This document shows positions 63,915 through 64,000 of a DNA stretch of 64,000 bases, piece by piece; positions within the stretch are counted from its first letter, which is position 1; each line of letters opens with the position of its first letter. The notes beneath the pieces were generated by a model. That model was given only the letters and a program-made list of their open reading frames with translations. It did no database searches and was not told the origin of the DNA. Location of the stretch: positions 44,234 through 108,233 of the forward strand of contig MFRE01000022.1 in NCBI GenBank assembly GCA_001784475.1. Reading direction: 5' to 3'. A program made the position numbers and the translations under genes. The DNA is from Candidatus Magasanikbacteria bacterium RIFOXYD2_FULL_41_14. Its GTDB lineage: Bacteria; Patescibacteriota; Patescibacteriia; Magasanikbacterales; GWA2-37-8.

Positions 63915-64000
63915 TTAACCACCATTTTTAATAATTGGTACTGTCATGGTTGAGAGCACAAAGCCCAGAGTCGGCACAATAGCATTAATAAATGGCTTAG
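63915..64000 (-). CDS. Possible 3' end of a gene beginning outside the window
   Basis: Open frame KPFINAIVPTLGFVLSTMTVPIIKNGG* ending 12 nt before the next gene. Confidence 0.4.
   Translation of the reverse strand, partial: KPFINAIVPTLGFVLSTMTVPIIKNGG

Overview
Chromosomal segment of a low-GC bacterium using the standard code, with few Shine-Dalgarno motifs. Gene content and style point to Patescibacteria/CPR, Parcubacteria-like (inference, not a database result). Housekeeping genes: gyrA (partial), rpsA, ftsH, a PilB/GspE ATPase, thrS, ileS, trxB, rpe/rpiB, ruvA, gatB, rplA and an RlmD-like methyltransferase. There is also a dTTP-synthesis cluster and an amidohydrolase-argH-argG(MGS fusion)-pyrD-pyrK-pyrE-pyrF operon, unusual for CPR. 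Main candidates for new biology: (1) a six-gene surface locus (3.6-10.9 kb) that reads like a donor-strand fimbria with tip adhesin, major subunit, chaperone-like protein and a dockerin-bearing base subunit anchored to membrane-bound cohesins; (2) two compact T-box riboswitches (thrS, ileS) displaying the cognate codon in an apical loop; (3) a perfect 20-28 bp palindrome in three copies, one inside a CDS; (4) a REP/RPE-like element family, plus a second repeat type, each with an in-frame copy inside gatB; (5) two candidate leader-peptide attenuators. No rRNA, tRNA, CRISPR array or transposase was seen.
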